Shown: positions 1-9,229, counted from the first letter of the stretch. The stretch: DNA of 64,000 nt from an uncultured Clostridia bacterium (GCA_937895935.1 CALBKX010000024.1:72728-136727), one strand, 5' to 3'. Program-made: numbers and translations. The notes: a model not told the origin generated them from the letters alone.

Positions 1-2
1 GT

Positions 3-1676
3 TTGATTTTTAAAAAAATTGTTAATGAAAATCTACTAGTAACGCTTTCAATAATTGGTGCCATTTGTGTTGGAAAATATATGGAAGGTTTAATGGTTAT
101 TGGTTTATATTCCATAGGTAAATTGCTTGAAAGTATAGCGTTAAATAAATCCAAAAAGTCAATTGAAGCGTTAACAAATATTAAACCTGAATTTGTTACA
201 ATTTTGGTCGATGGTGAGCAAAAGGTTGTTAGTCCTAAAGAGGTAAAAATTAATGACATAATAATTGTTAAGCCGGGAGAGTTAGTTCCTCTGGACACTA
301 TTGTTCTCGAAGGAAGTTCTTCTTTAAATATGCAAAGCTTAACAGGGGAAAGCCTTCCTGTTCCATCTAAAAAAGGTGATAATGTTATGTCGGGCTCGAT
401 TGTTTTAGATGGAACATTAACCTTAAAGGTTACGAGTGGATATGAAAATAGTACTGTTTCAAAAATTTTAAATTTAATTGAAAATGCCCAAGATAAAAAA
501 TCGAAAACGGAAACGGTTATTTCAAAAATTGCTAAATGGTACACATATGCTGTTATGCTACTATCAGCCGTAGTTTTTGGTATTGTATGGCTAATAACAA
601 AAGACGTTAATGTCGCAGTTTACAGAGGTCTAATTTTCCTTGTAATTTCTTGTCCTTGTGCTTTTGCAATCTCAGTTCCTCTTTCTTATTTTTCAGGACT
701 TGGGAATGCCTCAAAATCAGGTATTTTAATAAAAGGTTCAAATTACTTGGATGCCTTAGCAAAAGTTAATGTGGTGGCATTTGATAAAACTGGCACTCTA
801 ACCACAGGTGAGTTTAAAATAAACAATGTTGAAATTTATAACACATATACAAAAGAAGAAATCATTTTTCTTGCTAGTTTAGGTGAACAATACTCAATTC
901 ACCCTTTAGCAAAAGCAATTGTTTCAGAAAACACCAAACAGCTTTTAAGTGTCAATAACTTTAAAGAAATAGCAGGGGAAGGTGTATCATTTGAATATAA
1001 CGACAAAAAATATTTTGTGGGTAAAAAAGATAAAACATTAAATTCTACTGTGGTTGAAGTTTTTGAAGATGATGAAAAAATTGCAAACATTTATTTAAGC
1101 GACACAATAAAGGACAGTGCTAAACAAGCAATTGACAGTTTAAACGACAATAATATAAAAACCGTTTTATTATCTGGCGATAAAGAAGAAGCTGTTAAAT
1201 ATTTATCAACCGAACTAAATTTGAGCGAATATTATGCAAATTTATTGCCTGAGGATAAATATAAATACATTGAAGAACAAAAACAAAACAAAAAAATGAT
1301 TGCTTATGTTGGAGATGGAATTAATGATGCTCCAGCACTTACACTTGCCGATATTGGTATTAGTATGGGTATAAATGGTAGCGGGGCAAGTATTGAAGCC
1401 TCAGATATTGTTCTTGTTGACGATAATCCAAATAAAGTTAATAAGGCCATAAAAATATCTAAATTCACAAGAAAAATTGTGTGGGAAAATATTTTGCTTT
1501 CAATTATAATAAAGGTTTTGTTTTTAACTTTAGGTGCATTAGGCATAACTGGTATGCTCAGTGCAGTTATAGCAGATGTAGGCGTAACTTTACTTGCAAT
1601 ACTTAATAGTTTAAGAGCATTAACAGGTACAAAAGAAAAACAATTAGAACATAAGTATAATGAATCGAATGCTTAA
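3..1676 (+). CDS. Heavy-metal translocating P1B-type ATPase (Zn/Cd/Pb-type signature), N-terminus cut by window edge
   Basis: DKTGTLT phosphorylation site and GDGINDAPAL hinge. TM signatures SCPCAFAISVP (CPCx4SxP), NILLSIIIK (Nx7K) and ADVG (DxG). The reading frame is open to the window start. Confidence 0.9.
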   Translation: MIFKKIVNENLLVTLSIIGAICVGKYMEGLMVIGLYSIGKLLESIALNKSKKSIEALTNIKPEFVTILVDGEQKVVSPKEVKINDIIIVKPGELVPLDTIVLEGSSSLNMQSLTGESLPVPSKKGDNVMSGSIVLDGTLTLKVTSGYENSTVSKILNLIENAQDKKSKTETVISKIAKWYTYAVMLLSAVVFGIVWLITKDVNVAVYRGLIFLVISCPCAFAISVPLSYFSGLGNASKSGILIKGSNYLDALAKVNVVAFDKTGTLTTGEFKINNVEIYNTYTKEEIIFLASLGEQYSIHPLAKAIVSENTKQLLSVNNFKEIAGEGVSFEYNDKKYFVGKKDKTLNSTVVEVFEDDEKIANIYLSDTIKDSAKQAIDSLNDNNIKTVLLSGDKEEAVKYLSTELNLSEYYANLLPEDKYKYIEEQKQNKKMIAYVGDGINDAPALTLADIGISMGINGSGASIEASDIVLVDDNPNKVNKAIKISKFTRKIVWENILLSIIIKVLFLTLGALGITGMLSAVIADVGVTLLAILNSLRALTGTKEKQLEHKYNESNA

Positions 1677-1813
1677 AATATGCCATTGTAAAATGGGCAA
1701 ACATTGTAATCTTATTTACAAAACTAGATAAAATTAGTTTATAAAAACAAATATAACTAGAGTTTAATTTGTAAAATATTTCATTATTTTGTTTTGAGAA
1801 ATGTTAAAAAATA

Positions 1814-1842
1814 TTGACAAAATATTTTTTAATATTTATACT
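1814..1842 (+). promoter_or_regulatory. Sigma-A type promoter driving the thrS leader
   Basis: TTGACA (1814-1819), 17-nt spacer, TATACT (1837-1842). Confidence 0.6.
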
Positions 1843-1884
1843 AAATGAGTAAATTATTTATAGAGTTAAAGACAAGTAGTTCTA

Positions 1885-2070
1885 ATTGATTCGTTTAGAG
1901 AAGAGTCGGGTGGTGAAAGGCTTAAGATAAATTAGTAACGAAACCACTTTAATAAAAACTTTTTATAAATAGAAAATGAGAGGGAAAGCAATTTCCAATA
2001 AAGGTGGAACCGCGGTTAATATAATCGTCCTTTGCTAACATTTATAGCAAAGGATGATTTTTTGTTTTTT
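1885..2070 (+). promoter_or_regulatory. T-box leader RNA, threonine specifier, with intrinsic terminator
   Basis: Stem I elements AGAGAAGAGTC and GGTGGTGAAAGG. Specifier context GAA-ACC-A (ACC at 1943-1945). T-box sequence AAAGGTGGAACCGCGG (2000-2015). Terminator arms at 2024-2037 and 2045-2058 followed by a T-run. Located directly upstream of thrS. Confidence 0.85.
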
Positions 2071-2152
2071 AACAATTAAGTACATTTTGTTAAAAATTAT
2101 ACCTATTGTTAATAATGTAAGCAAAAAATAGATTTTAAAAGGAAAGATAATT

Positions 2153-3901
2153 ATGGAAGAAAATGAAAAACAACAAAAAATTCAAATGTGCAGACACTCT
2201 TTGTCGCACGTATTAGCAAAAGCCGTTAAAAATGTTTTTGGTAAAGATAATGTAAAAATTGCTATTGGACCAGCAATTGACAATGGTTTTTATTATGATT
2301 TTGATATGGAACCAATTACTCCAGAAAAATTTGCCGATATTGAAAAAGAGATGAAAGCAATAATCAATCGTAACGAAGAATTTAAAAGAGTTGAAATATC
2401 AAGACAAGAGGCATTGGATTTATTTAAAAATGAACCATATAAAATAGAATTAATTAATGATTTGCCAGAAGGTGAAACAATTTCTTGTTATTATCTAGGT
2501 GATGATTATGTAGATCTTTGTCGTGGTCCTCACGTTGAAAATACTTCAAAATTGCAAAATTATGCATTCAAGATTAACAGAGTTAGTGGAGCATATTGGA
2601 GAGGAAATGAAAAAAATAAAATGCTACAACGTATTTATGTTTATGCCTTCCCAGATAAAAAACAATTAAATGACTATATTAATATGATTGAAGAAGCTAA
2701 AAAGCGTGATCATAGAAAATTAGGTAAAGAATTAGATTTATTCTTTTTTGATGAAACTGCTCCGGGTATGGCTTATTGGTTACCAAAAGGCTTTACTATT
2801 ATGAATACACTTATTGATTTTTGGCGTAAAGAGCATAAACAAAGAGGCTATTTAGAGTTTTCTGCTCCACAATTAAATAGCAGTGTTTTATGGAAAACTT
2901 CAGGTCACTGGGATCATTATAAGGAAGATATGTTTGTTTTGACAGATTCTGACGGCAACGAACAGGCATTAAAACCTATGAATTGTCCAAATTCTATTAG
3001 AATTTACCAAAGTAAAATGCGTAGTTATAAAGATTTGCCTCTTCGTTTAAATGATATTGATGTTATTCATAGAAATGAAAAATCTGGACAATTAAATGGT
3101 TTGTTTAGGGTTAGAATGTTCCGCCAAGATGATTCTCATAACTTTATTAGAAAGGACCAAATAGGCTCTGAAATAAAAGATATTGTTGCACTAATTAGTA
3201 AATTGTATGGGGTTTTTGGATTGCCATATCAACTTACTCTTTCAACAAGACCTAATGACTTTATGGGTGAAATTGAAACTTGGGATATGGCAGAATCTGA
3301 ACTTAAAACAGTTTTAAATGAACTTTGTGGTGAAAATAATTACAGGATTAACGAGGGTGATGGTGCTTTCTATGGTCCAAAAATCGATATAAAAATGAAG
3401 GATTGTTTAGGTCGCGAATGGCAAATGGGAACTATTCAATTAGACTTCCAATTGCCAGAACGTTTTGATTTGACCTATGTTGATGCCGATGGTGAAAAGA
3501 AACGCCCAATTATGGTTCATAGAGCGATTTTTGGTTCGTTTGAACGTTTTATTGGAATACTTACTGAGCATTATGCTGGTATTTTCCCAGTATGGCTTGC
3601 TCCTGTTCAAGTTAGAGTTATGAATATTGCTGAGAGTAGTGAAGACTATGCAAAGGAAATATATTCAAAACTTGATGAGGCAGGTATTAAATGCGAATTA
3701 GACGTCCGTAACGAAAAAATAGGATATAAAATTAGAGAAAGTATTTCTCAAAAAATTCCATATATGGTTATTGTTGGTGACGGAGAAAAAGAGAAAGGTA
3801 CAATTTCCATTCGTGGACGTAGCAATGAAAACGTTTCAGATTTAAAACTAGATGATTTTATCGCACGTTTAAAGGAAGAAATTTCAACATTTAAAAAATA
3901 G
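2153..3901 (+). CDS. thrS: Threonyl-tRNA synthetase (short form lacking the N-terminal TGS domain)
   Basis: 582 aa. Begins at the HxxxH editing/second-additional-domain motif (CRHSLSHVLAKA). Class II core and anticodon-binding domain are recognisable, and a Thr T-box lies upstream. Confidence 0.95.
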   Translation: MEENEKQQKIQMCRHSLSHVLAKAVKNVFGKDNVKIAIGPAIDNGFYYDFDMEPITPEKFADIEKEMKAIINRNEEFKRVEISRQEALDLFKNEPYKIELINDLPEGETISCYYLGDDYVDLCRGPHVENTSKLQNYAFKINRVSGAYWRGNEKNKMLQRIYVYAFPDKKQLNDYINMIEEAKKRDHRKLGKELDLFFFDETAPGMAYWLPKGFTIMNTLIDFWRKEHKQRGYLEFSAPQLNSSVLWKTSGHWDHYKEDMFVLTDSDGNEQALKPMNCPNSIRIYQSKMRSYKDLPLRLNDIDVIHRNEKSGQLNGLFRVRMFRQDDSHNFIRKDQIGSEIKDIVALISKLYGVFGLPYQLTLSTRPNDFMGEIETWDMAESELKTVLNELCGENNYRINEGDGAFYGPKIDIKMKDCLGREWQMGTIQLDFQLPERFDLTYVDADGEKKRPIMVHRAIFGSFERFIGILTEHYAGIFPVWLAPVQVRVMNIAESSEDYAKEIYSKLDEAGIKCELDVRNEKIGYKIRESISQKIPYMVIVGDGEKEKGTISIRGRSNENVSDLKLDDFIARLKEEISTFKK

Positions 3902-3951
3902 AATCTCCTAGTTAGAGATAAAAATTTACAAAAGATAAAATAAAGAATTAT

Positions 3952-4335
3952 ATGAAAGAAATACCAATTTTAGTAAAAATTGTAAGTGGGTCAACTTGTG
4001 GAATGAGTTTAATATCTATGGATGTTCCAGATGGAATTGAGTTAAATCAAACAATGAATCAGGTCATAAATAAGGATATGATAAGTGTAGAAATTAAAAA
4101 AGTATTATGCGAACACTTCAAGGAAAACAATATTGTAAGTTTTTATTGCAGTATTGACGATATTAAAAATTCAGAATTAATACTTTCATATTATGTTTCA
4201 AATAAACATTATGAAATGCTCAATGAGATTTTTAATAATAATGGAAACTTGAAATTAGCAAATAACAAATCATTTTGTATTATGAAAATTAAACAAGTTA
4301 TTGATTCATACGACCCAATAATAAACGTTAACTAA
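3952..4335 (+). CDS. Hypothetical protein (127 aa), no family recognised
   Basis: Intact ORF followed by a strong hairpin terminator. No motifs recognised. Confidence 0.5.
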   Translation: MKEIPILVKIVSGSTCGMSLISMDVPDGIELNQTMNQVINKDMISVEIKKVLCEHFKENNIVSFYCSIDDIKNSELILSYYVSNKHYEMLNEIFNNNGNLKLANNKSFCIMKIKQVIDSYDPIINVN

Positions 4336-4377
4336 GTAAAATAAAACACTTATATCATAAGTATTGTTATTGTATTT

Positions 4378-4418
4378 AAAAACAAGTCATTGAAAAAATT
4401 ATCAATGACTTGTTTTTT
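4378..4418. terminator. Rho-independent terminator (A-tract/T-tract flanked, potentially bidirectional)
   Basis: ACAAGTCATTGA (4382-4393) pairs with TCAATGACTTGT (4402-4413), followed by a T-run. Confidence 0.8.
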
Positions 4419-4510
4419 ATGATATAATTTATGTGGTAGGGAAACTCGCTTTTTAGAGAATACATTTTTAAGTTAGTTAGATGTATTAAGATACATCATT
4501 CATTTATTAA

Positions 4511-4891
4511 TTATATGAAATCAATATCGTAGCTTGCACCCAGTTCGCTTAATTGAGTTAAAGTGTTATTTGACATATACAAACAAGGTTTTTCTACAAA
4601 GTTAGTAAAAACAATGCAAATATTTAATTTGCCATTATTGTTTTCGATTTCAGTCTTTATTAAATTTACTTTACTATAAATGGTGTTAATAAATTGTTCA
4701 AACAATTCATTAACATTAATATCATTAAATTCTTTAGTCCTATAATAATACTTTGCACTTGGGACTGGACTTACTGAATCTTTTAAATAAGTCAATTTTT
4801 TTGCTTTGTAGCCAAGTATTTTTTCAAACTTAGAAACATCATAATCGCTAAAAAATTGAACACTAATGCTAAAATAATAACTATTATTCAT
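4511..4891 (-). CDS. Hypothetical 126-aa protein, paralog of 7125-7496 (DUF4279-like by recollection only)
   Basis: Alignable end to end with the 7125-7496 product. Shared blocks: F[ST]ISI.F..DY.V.K, SAK[YF]..RT, FEQF[IV], EKPCL..SN, ASYD[IV][DE]F. Its start overlaps the stop of the upstream small ORF (TAATG), with AAGGAG upstream. Confidence 0.7.
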   Translation of the reverse strand: MNNSYYFSISVQFFSDYDVSKFEKILGYKAKKLTYLKDSVSPVPSAKYYYRTKEFNDINVNELFEQFINTIYSKVNLIKTEIENNNGKLNICIVFTNFVEKPCLYMSNNTLTQLSELGASYDIDFI

Positions 4892-5112
4892 TATCTTTCT
4901 TTCTCCTTATTGTTGCCATATATTTCAAAGAATTCTTCCTTTGACATTTCAGTATCAACATATAAATTGCCAAACTTATCTTTAATGGTAATTGTTTCTC
5001 CGTTATATATATCATATTTAGAAACTGGCGAACAGCCATAGTCTTCCTTTACTTCATGTGCATCAACACCATTGCTTTTAAGATAACTATCTTGAAATTT
5101 TTTATCCCCCAT
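4891..5112 (-). CDS. Small hypothetical protein (73 aa from MGDKKFQ), translationally coupled to the downstream paralog-family gene; possible toxin-like module
   Basis: AAAGGA sits 5-6 nt before the internal ATG at 5112. The stop overlaps the next gene's ATG. The longer 87-aa form (start 5154) has no RBS and an in-frame stop immediately upstream. Confidence 0.45.
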   Translation of the reverse strand: MGDKKFQDSYLKSNGVDAHEVKEDYGCSPVSKYDIYNGETITIKDKFGNLYVDTEMSKEEFFEIYGNNKEKER

Positions 5113-5468
5113 AAAAATCCTTTTTCTTTTTGTGATATATAGTAATGCCACCATCTATTATTATTGAAAGTTTTGTCTGAAAACGATGAGGTCATTTTAA
5201 GCAAAACTGATGTTGATATATAAGGAACGAGATAAAGTGTTTTTTATGCTTGCTTAAGCCAACACTTGAAATCGTGAGCATATATATTCAATCTGTAATT
5301 CCATAATTGTTGTGGAAGTAATTGATTTGCGTACAAATGAACAAAGCGACATTACATAGGTTTAAAATGTAAAATTATTTTAGTATAAAAATATAAAAAA
5401 GTTGATAAAATTTAGGAAAGTATTTTAAATGAAAAAAGTCTTTTACAAAAGACTTTTTAATTTTCATT

Positions 5469-5555
5469 TGGTGCCGAAGGGGGGACTCGAACCCCCATGT
5501 GATTGCTCACGGCGGATTTTGAGTCCGCTCCGTCTACCATTCCAGCACTTCGGCA
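5469..5555 (-). tRNA. tRNA-Leu (anticodon CAA), class II long variable arm, CCA encoded
   Basis: Reverse complement reads GCCGAAG...GCGGA-CTCAAAA-TCCGC...GGGGG-TTCGAGT-CCCCC-CTTCGGC-ACCA. The acceptor and anticodon stems pair perfectly. Confidence 0.95.
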
Positions 5556-5643
5556 TATTTAACATTTAGAATAATAACATTATTTTTTAAAACTTGCAAG
5601 TGTTTTATAGAATATTTTTTATTACAATACCAAAAATATATTT

Positions 5644-7038
5644 ATGAGAACTAGCACAAAAGTATTTATGATTTTGTTTATAATTTCTTTAGTAGGCGTT
5701 GTGTTAACCGCTTCATTCTTTTTTTCATCAATTGTTATAAGTGACGGGAGGTTATCATTTAACTTTAATACTATGGCTTATTTTGCAATAGGTCTAATGA
5801 TAATTAATTCAATTTTTGCTACAATTCTATATATTCGATTTTTAAAAAGCCAAAAATTAACATTAAAATTATTTTTTAGTGTTGTTCCTTTAACTATATT
5901 TTTTGCTATTTTAACTTATTTTTTAGCTACAATAAATAATTACAACAATGAAACTGTTACAGTAGTGAAACAAGTTTTGCAAATAAATGCAACAAACATA
6001 AATAACTATTTATGGATTATTCTTTTGACTTTAATCTATTTGCTAATTGTATTTATAATTTTCAAAATAATAACCAAGCCATTAAAAAGGTTAGAGCAAG
6101 CCATAGAAAGATTATCAGACGGGAATGTTGGTGATAGAATATATATTGGCGGTGGTAATCAATTTTTAAAAATGGAATATGATTTAAACAAAATAAATGA
6201 TAACTATAAAAAGAAAGAAACTATAATAAAACGTACAAATTTGGAATATGAAAAATATATACCAAAACAATTCATTAAATTTTTAGGCAAAAACTCTGTT
6301 TTAGATTTAGAAATTGGTTCTAAAGTTCAGAAAGAAGTTACAACAATGTTTTGTGATATTAGAAATTCAACACAAGTCAGCACAACTCTTTCTTTAGAAG
6401 AAAATTTTAATTATATAAATGCCTATTTAAATGTTGTATCACCAATTATAAGAAAATATAATGGGTATATAGACAAGTATTTGGGAGATGGTATAATGGC
6501 AATTTTTACACGTTCTCGCCAAGCATATGATTGTGCTCATGCAATTATAAAAGCAGTTCAAGAAAAGAATTTATCAAACGTTTCTATGCCAAAACTTGAT
6601 GTTGGTGTATCTTTAAATACTGGTGATGTGGTGTTTGGCGTTGTTGGTGATGAAACTCGTAAATCAATAACTGTAATATCAGATTCTGTTAATTTTACAG
6701 CAAAAATAGGTGAAGTGAATAAGGTTTTTGGAAGTTTAATTACTTTTTCAAAATCAACTTTAAATGACCTATCTTCTTCAATGAATTTTAATTATAGATA
6801 CATTGGAAATTTGATGTTTGATAACAAAGAATATATCCCAATTTTTGAATCACTGGATGCTTATCCAAGGGCTAAAAGAGAAAAGTTAATAAAATATAAA
6901 ATTGAATTTGAACAAGGTGTAAGAGCTTATGTAAACGGGAAGTTTAATCAAGCAAAAGATATTTTTGAATCTGTTTACAAAAAAGAAAAAGACGACAAGG
7001 TATGCTTTGTGTTTTATAACAAATCAATAGAAAAATAA
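5644..7038 (+). CDS. Membrane-anchored HAMP-domain class III nucleotidyl (adenylate-type) cyclase
   Basis: Multiple N-terminal TM helices and a HAMP-like linker (KPLKRLEQAIERLSDGN). Cyclase homology domain motifs FCDIRNST and DKYLGDGIMAIF. The Asn-x3-Arg position reads SVNFTAK. Confidence 0.85.
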   Translation: MRTSTKVFMILFIISLVGVVLTASFFFSSIVISDGRLSFNFNTMAYFAIGLMIINSIFATILYIRFLKSQKLTLKLFFSVVPLTIFFAILTYFLATINNYNNETVTVVKQVLQINATNINNYLWIILLTLIYLLIVFIIFKIITKPLKRLEQAIERLSDGNVGDRIYIGGGNQFLKMEYDLNKINDNYKKKETIIKRTNLEYEKYIPKQFIKFLGKNSVLDLEIGSKVQKEVTTMFCDIRNSTQVSTTLSLEENFNYINAYLNVVSPIIRKYNGYIDKYLGDGIMAIFTRSRQAYDCAHAIIKAVQEKNLSNVSMPKLDVGVSLNTGDVVFGVVGDETRKSITVISDSVNFTAKIGEVNKVFGSLITFSKSTLNDLSSSMNFNYRYIGNLMFDNKEYIPIFESLDAYPRAKREKLIKYKIEFEQGVRAYVNGKFNQAKDIFESVYKKEKDDKVCFVFYNKSIEK

Positions 7039-7124
7039 TCAAACATATTTTGACATTTTATTCTGTAACTATTATAATAACTAATAGTAGATGGCTAAGT
7101 TATTACTAAGTTTAGGAGGATAAA

Positions 7125-7496
7125 ATGAAATATCATTTTACAATAAGTATACATTTTAGAGGTGATTATAATGTTGAAAAATTGGGTGAAATTTTAAATT
7201 TAAAACCTTATTCTGTAACACCATTAAAAAATTCTGTTGGTAGCAGAAAAAGTGCAAAATTTGTTTTTAGAACTAGCACATTAGACAATATTTATACTGA
7301 TTCAGTTTTTGAACAGTTTGTTAAAAAGGTCGAACACAATTTGGTACAACTTCCTAAAATTTTGAGCGAAAATGAAGGGACATGTGTATTTAGAATAGTA
7401 TTTGAAGAATTAAAAGAAAAGCCTTGTTTAAGTTTAAGCAATGAAGTTCTAGGAATTTTGTACAAATTGAATGCAAGTTATGATGTTGAATTCTAA
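7125..7496 (+). CDS. Hypothetical 123-aa protein, paralog of 4511-4891 (DUF4279-like by recollection only)
   Basis: AGGAGG RBS, end-to-end similarity to the 4511-4891 product, terminator downstream. Confidence 0.7.
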   Translation: MKYHFTISIHFRGDYNVEKLGEILNLKPYSVTPLKNSVGSRKSAKFVFRTSTLDNIYTDSVFEQFVKKVEHNLVQLPKILSENEGTCVFRIVFEELKEKPCLSLSNEVLGILYKLNASYDVEF

Positions 7497-7506
7497 AATA
7501 TAGGTA

Positions 7507-7545
7507 GGTAAAATTTTTGTCATTTAAAAATTTTACCTTTTTTTT
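7507..7545 (+). terminator. Rho-independent terminator
   Basis: GGTAAAATTTTT (7507-7518) pairs with AAAAATTTTACC (7526-7537), followed by T8. Confidence 0.85.
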
Positions 7546-7634
7546 GGTTAAATATATGTTAGGGGTAATGCAAGCAAATTAAATTTATTTGTATTAAAGT
7601 AACAAAATTATTTTAAATAAAATAAATATTTATA

Positions 7635-8666
7635 ATGAATATAAAATTAATAAATAAAAATAATTTATTATACAATTTAAATTTATGTGAAAAATCAAGA
7701 AAAATAATATGTCCAATGGTTAAAGCTAATGCTTATGGTCATGGCATAAAAGAGATTGTAGGAATTTTAAAAGAAAAGGTTAATTGGTTTGGCGTAGCTA
7801 ATGCAAATGAAGCACTTAAAGTAAAAAAAATATCTAAAAATTCCAAATTATTAGTAGTTGGCAAAACTTGTGAGTATAGTAAATTAATTAAAAATAACAT
7901 TTCTTTTACAATAGATTCATTTGAAGATATAAAAAAAATTAATTTAATATGTAATAAAATAAATAAAAAAGCATATGTGCATATTGCAATAAATACTGGA
8001 ATGAATAGAATAGGAGTTAAAAATTTATATGAATTCCAAAAAATATTGAATATAATTAATTGTAATGAAAATATTATTTTGGAAGGTATTTTTACTCACT
8101 TTTTTGATGCAGATTGTGAAAAAACAAATTTTTATAATCAACTTAATATTTTCTCTCAATATGTAAAATTAGTAAATAAAAAAGTTTTAGTGCATATAGG
8201 TGGTAGTTTTGTATTAAACTATAAATTGCCAGATTACATTGATATGGTGAGAGTTGGATTTTTCATTTATGGATATGGAAAAAATGATTTAAAACCAGTA
8301 ATGTCAATCTATTCTGAAATTTTAAAAATAAAAGATTGTAAAAAAGGTGAATATGTTGGATATGGAAATACTAATCAACTAAAAAAAGATAGTAAAATTG
8401 CTACGATTTCTTTAGGTTATGCTGACGGACTTTCAAGGAGATTATCAAATAAACTTAAACTTACAATTAATGGGAAAAAAGCAAAAATTTTTGGAAATGT
8501 TTGTATGGATATGTGTATGGTAGACGTTACAAATGTGCCTTGCAAAATTAAGGATTTTGTACTGGTTGTTTCAAATATACAAACACTGGCAAAGTTAATA
8601 GGTACGTCACCATATGAATGTTTGACTAATTTTCAATCATTTAGAGGAAAAAGTTTGATTGTTTAA
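7635..8666 (+). CDS. alr: Alanine racemase
   Basis: PLP-lysine motif VKANAYGHG; length and C-terminal domain are typical. Confidence 0.9.
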   Translation: MNIKLINKNNLLYNLNLCEKSRKIICPMVKANAYGHGIKEIVGILKEKVNWFGVANANEALKVKKISKNSKLLVVGKTCEYSKLIKNNISFTIDSFEDIKKINLICNKINKKAYVHIAINTGMNRIGVKNLYEFQKILNIINCNENIILEGIFTHFFDADCEKTNFYNQLNIFSQYVKLVNKKVLVHIGGSFVLNYKLPDYIDMVRVGFFIYGYGKNDLKPVMSIYSEILKIKDCKKGEYVGYGNTNQLKKDSKIATISLGYADGLSRRLSNKLKLTINGKKAKIFGNVCMDMCMVDVTNVPCKIKDFVLVVSNIQTLAKLIGTSPYECLTNFQSFRGKSLIV

Positions 8667-8689
8667 TCAAATTGAGTATAATATGCTTT

Positions 8690-9229
8690 ATGAGAATAAT
8701 TTCAGGCAAATATAAAGGAAAACAATTAAACTCGCCTAAAAGTGATAACATTCGCCCTACTGGCGACAAGGTTAAACAGGCTTTATTTACAAAACTACAA
8801 TTTTTCATTCAAGATGCTATTGTTTTAGATTTATTTAGTGGGTCAGGTGCTCTTGGAATTGAAGCTTTATCTAGAGGGGCGAGGAAAGTTTTTTTTGTTG
8901 ATAAAGACAAAAGAAGCATAAAATTAACTTATGAGAATTTAAAAGGATTAGATAAAAATTATGAAGTTATCAACGCTTCATATGACATAGCCCTAAATAA
9001 TTTTAAGGAAAAATTTGATTTAATTTTAGTTGATCCGCCTTATGCAAGTGGCGTATATGACAATGTTTTAGACCTAATCGACAAAAACAAATTACTTAAT
9101 GAAGGTGGGTACATTGTTTGCGAACATCCAGTGGGTTTAAAAATTAATACAAATTTTGTCAATATTGACCAAAAAAGATATGGAACAGTTGAGTTAACAT
9201 ATTACTCTTATGATTGCAAAAAAAATTAA
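8690..9229 (+). CDS. rsmD: 16S rRNA (guanine966-N2)-methyltransferase RsmD
   Basis: MRIISGKYKGKQL N-terminus, SAM motif DLFSGSGALGIEALSRG, DPPY motif. The ORF-track TTG start at 8672 lies inside a predicted promoter. Confidence 0.85.
   Translation: MRIISGKYKGKQLNSPKSDNIRPTGDKVKQALFTKLQFFIQDAIVLDLFSGSGALGIEALSRGARKVFFVDKDKRSIKLTYENLKGLDKNYEVINASYDIALNNFKEKFDLILVDPPYASGVYDNVLDLIDKNKLLNEGGYIVCEHPVGLKINTNFVNIDQKRYGTVELTYYSYDCKKN

Noticed and set aside
1677-1720. Hairpin TGCCATTGTAAAATGGGCA after the ATPase gene, considered as a terminator
   Set aside because: The stem is short and imperfect and has no T-run, so it is not confident enough to annotate.
4432-4458. GTGGTAGGGAAACTCGC, weakly resembling the tRNA-Leu 3' end (TGGTGCCGAAGGGGGGACTCGAAC) as a possible att remnant bounding the islet
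   Set aside because: The similarity is short and gapped, indistinguishable from chance by eye. No integrase is nearby.
5155-5460. ORF-free 300 bp upstream of the small toxin-like ORF, considered as the decayed N-terminal part of a larger toxin gene
   Set aside because: An in-frame stop lies immediately upstream of the 87-aa ORF, and I could not see protein-like reading frames by eye. A tblastx-type search would be needed to decide.
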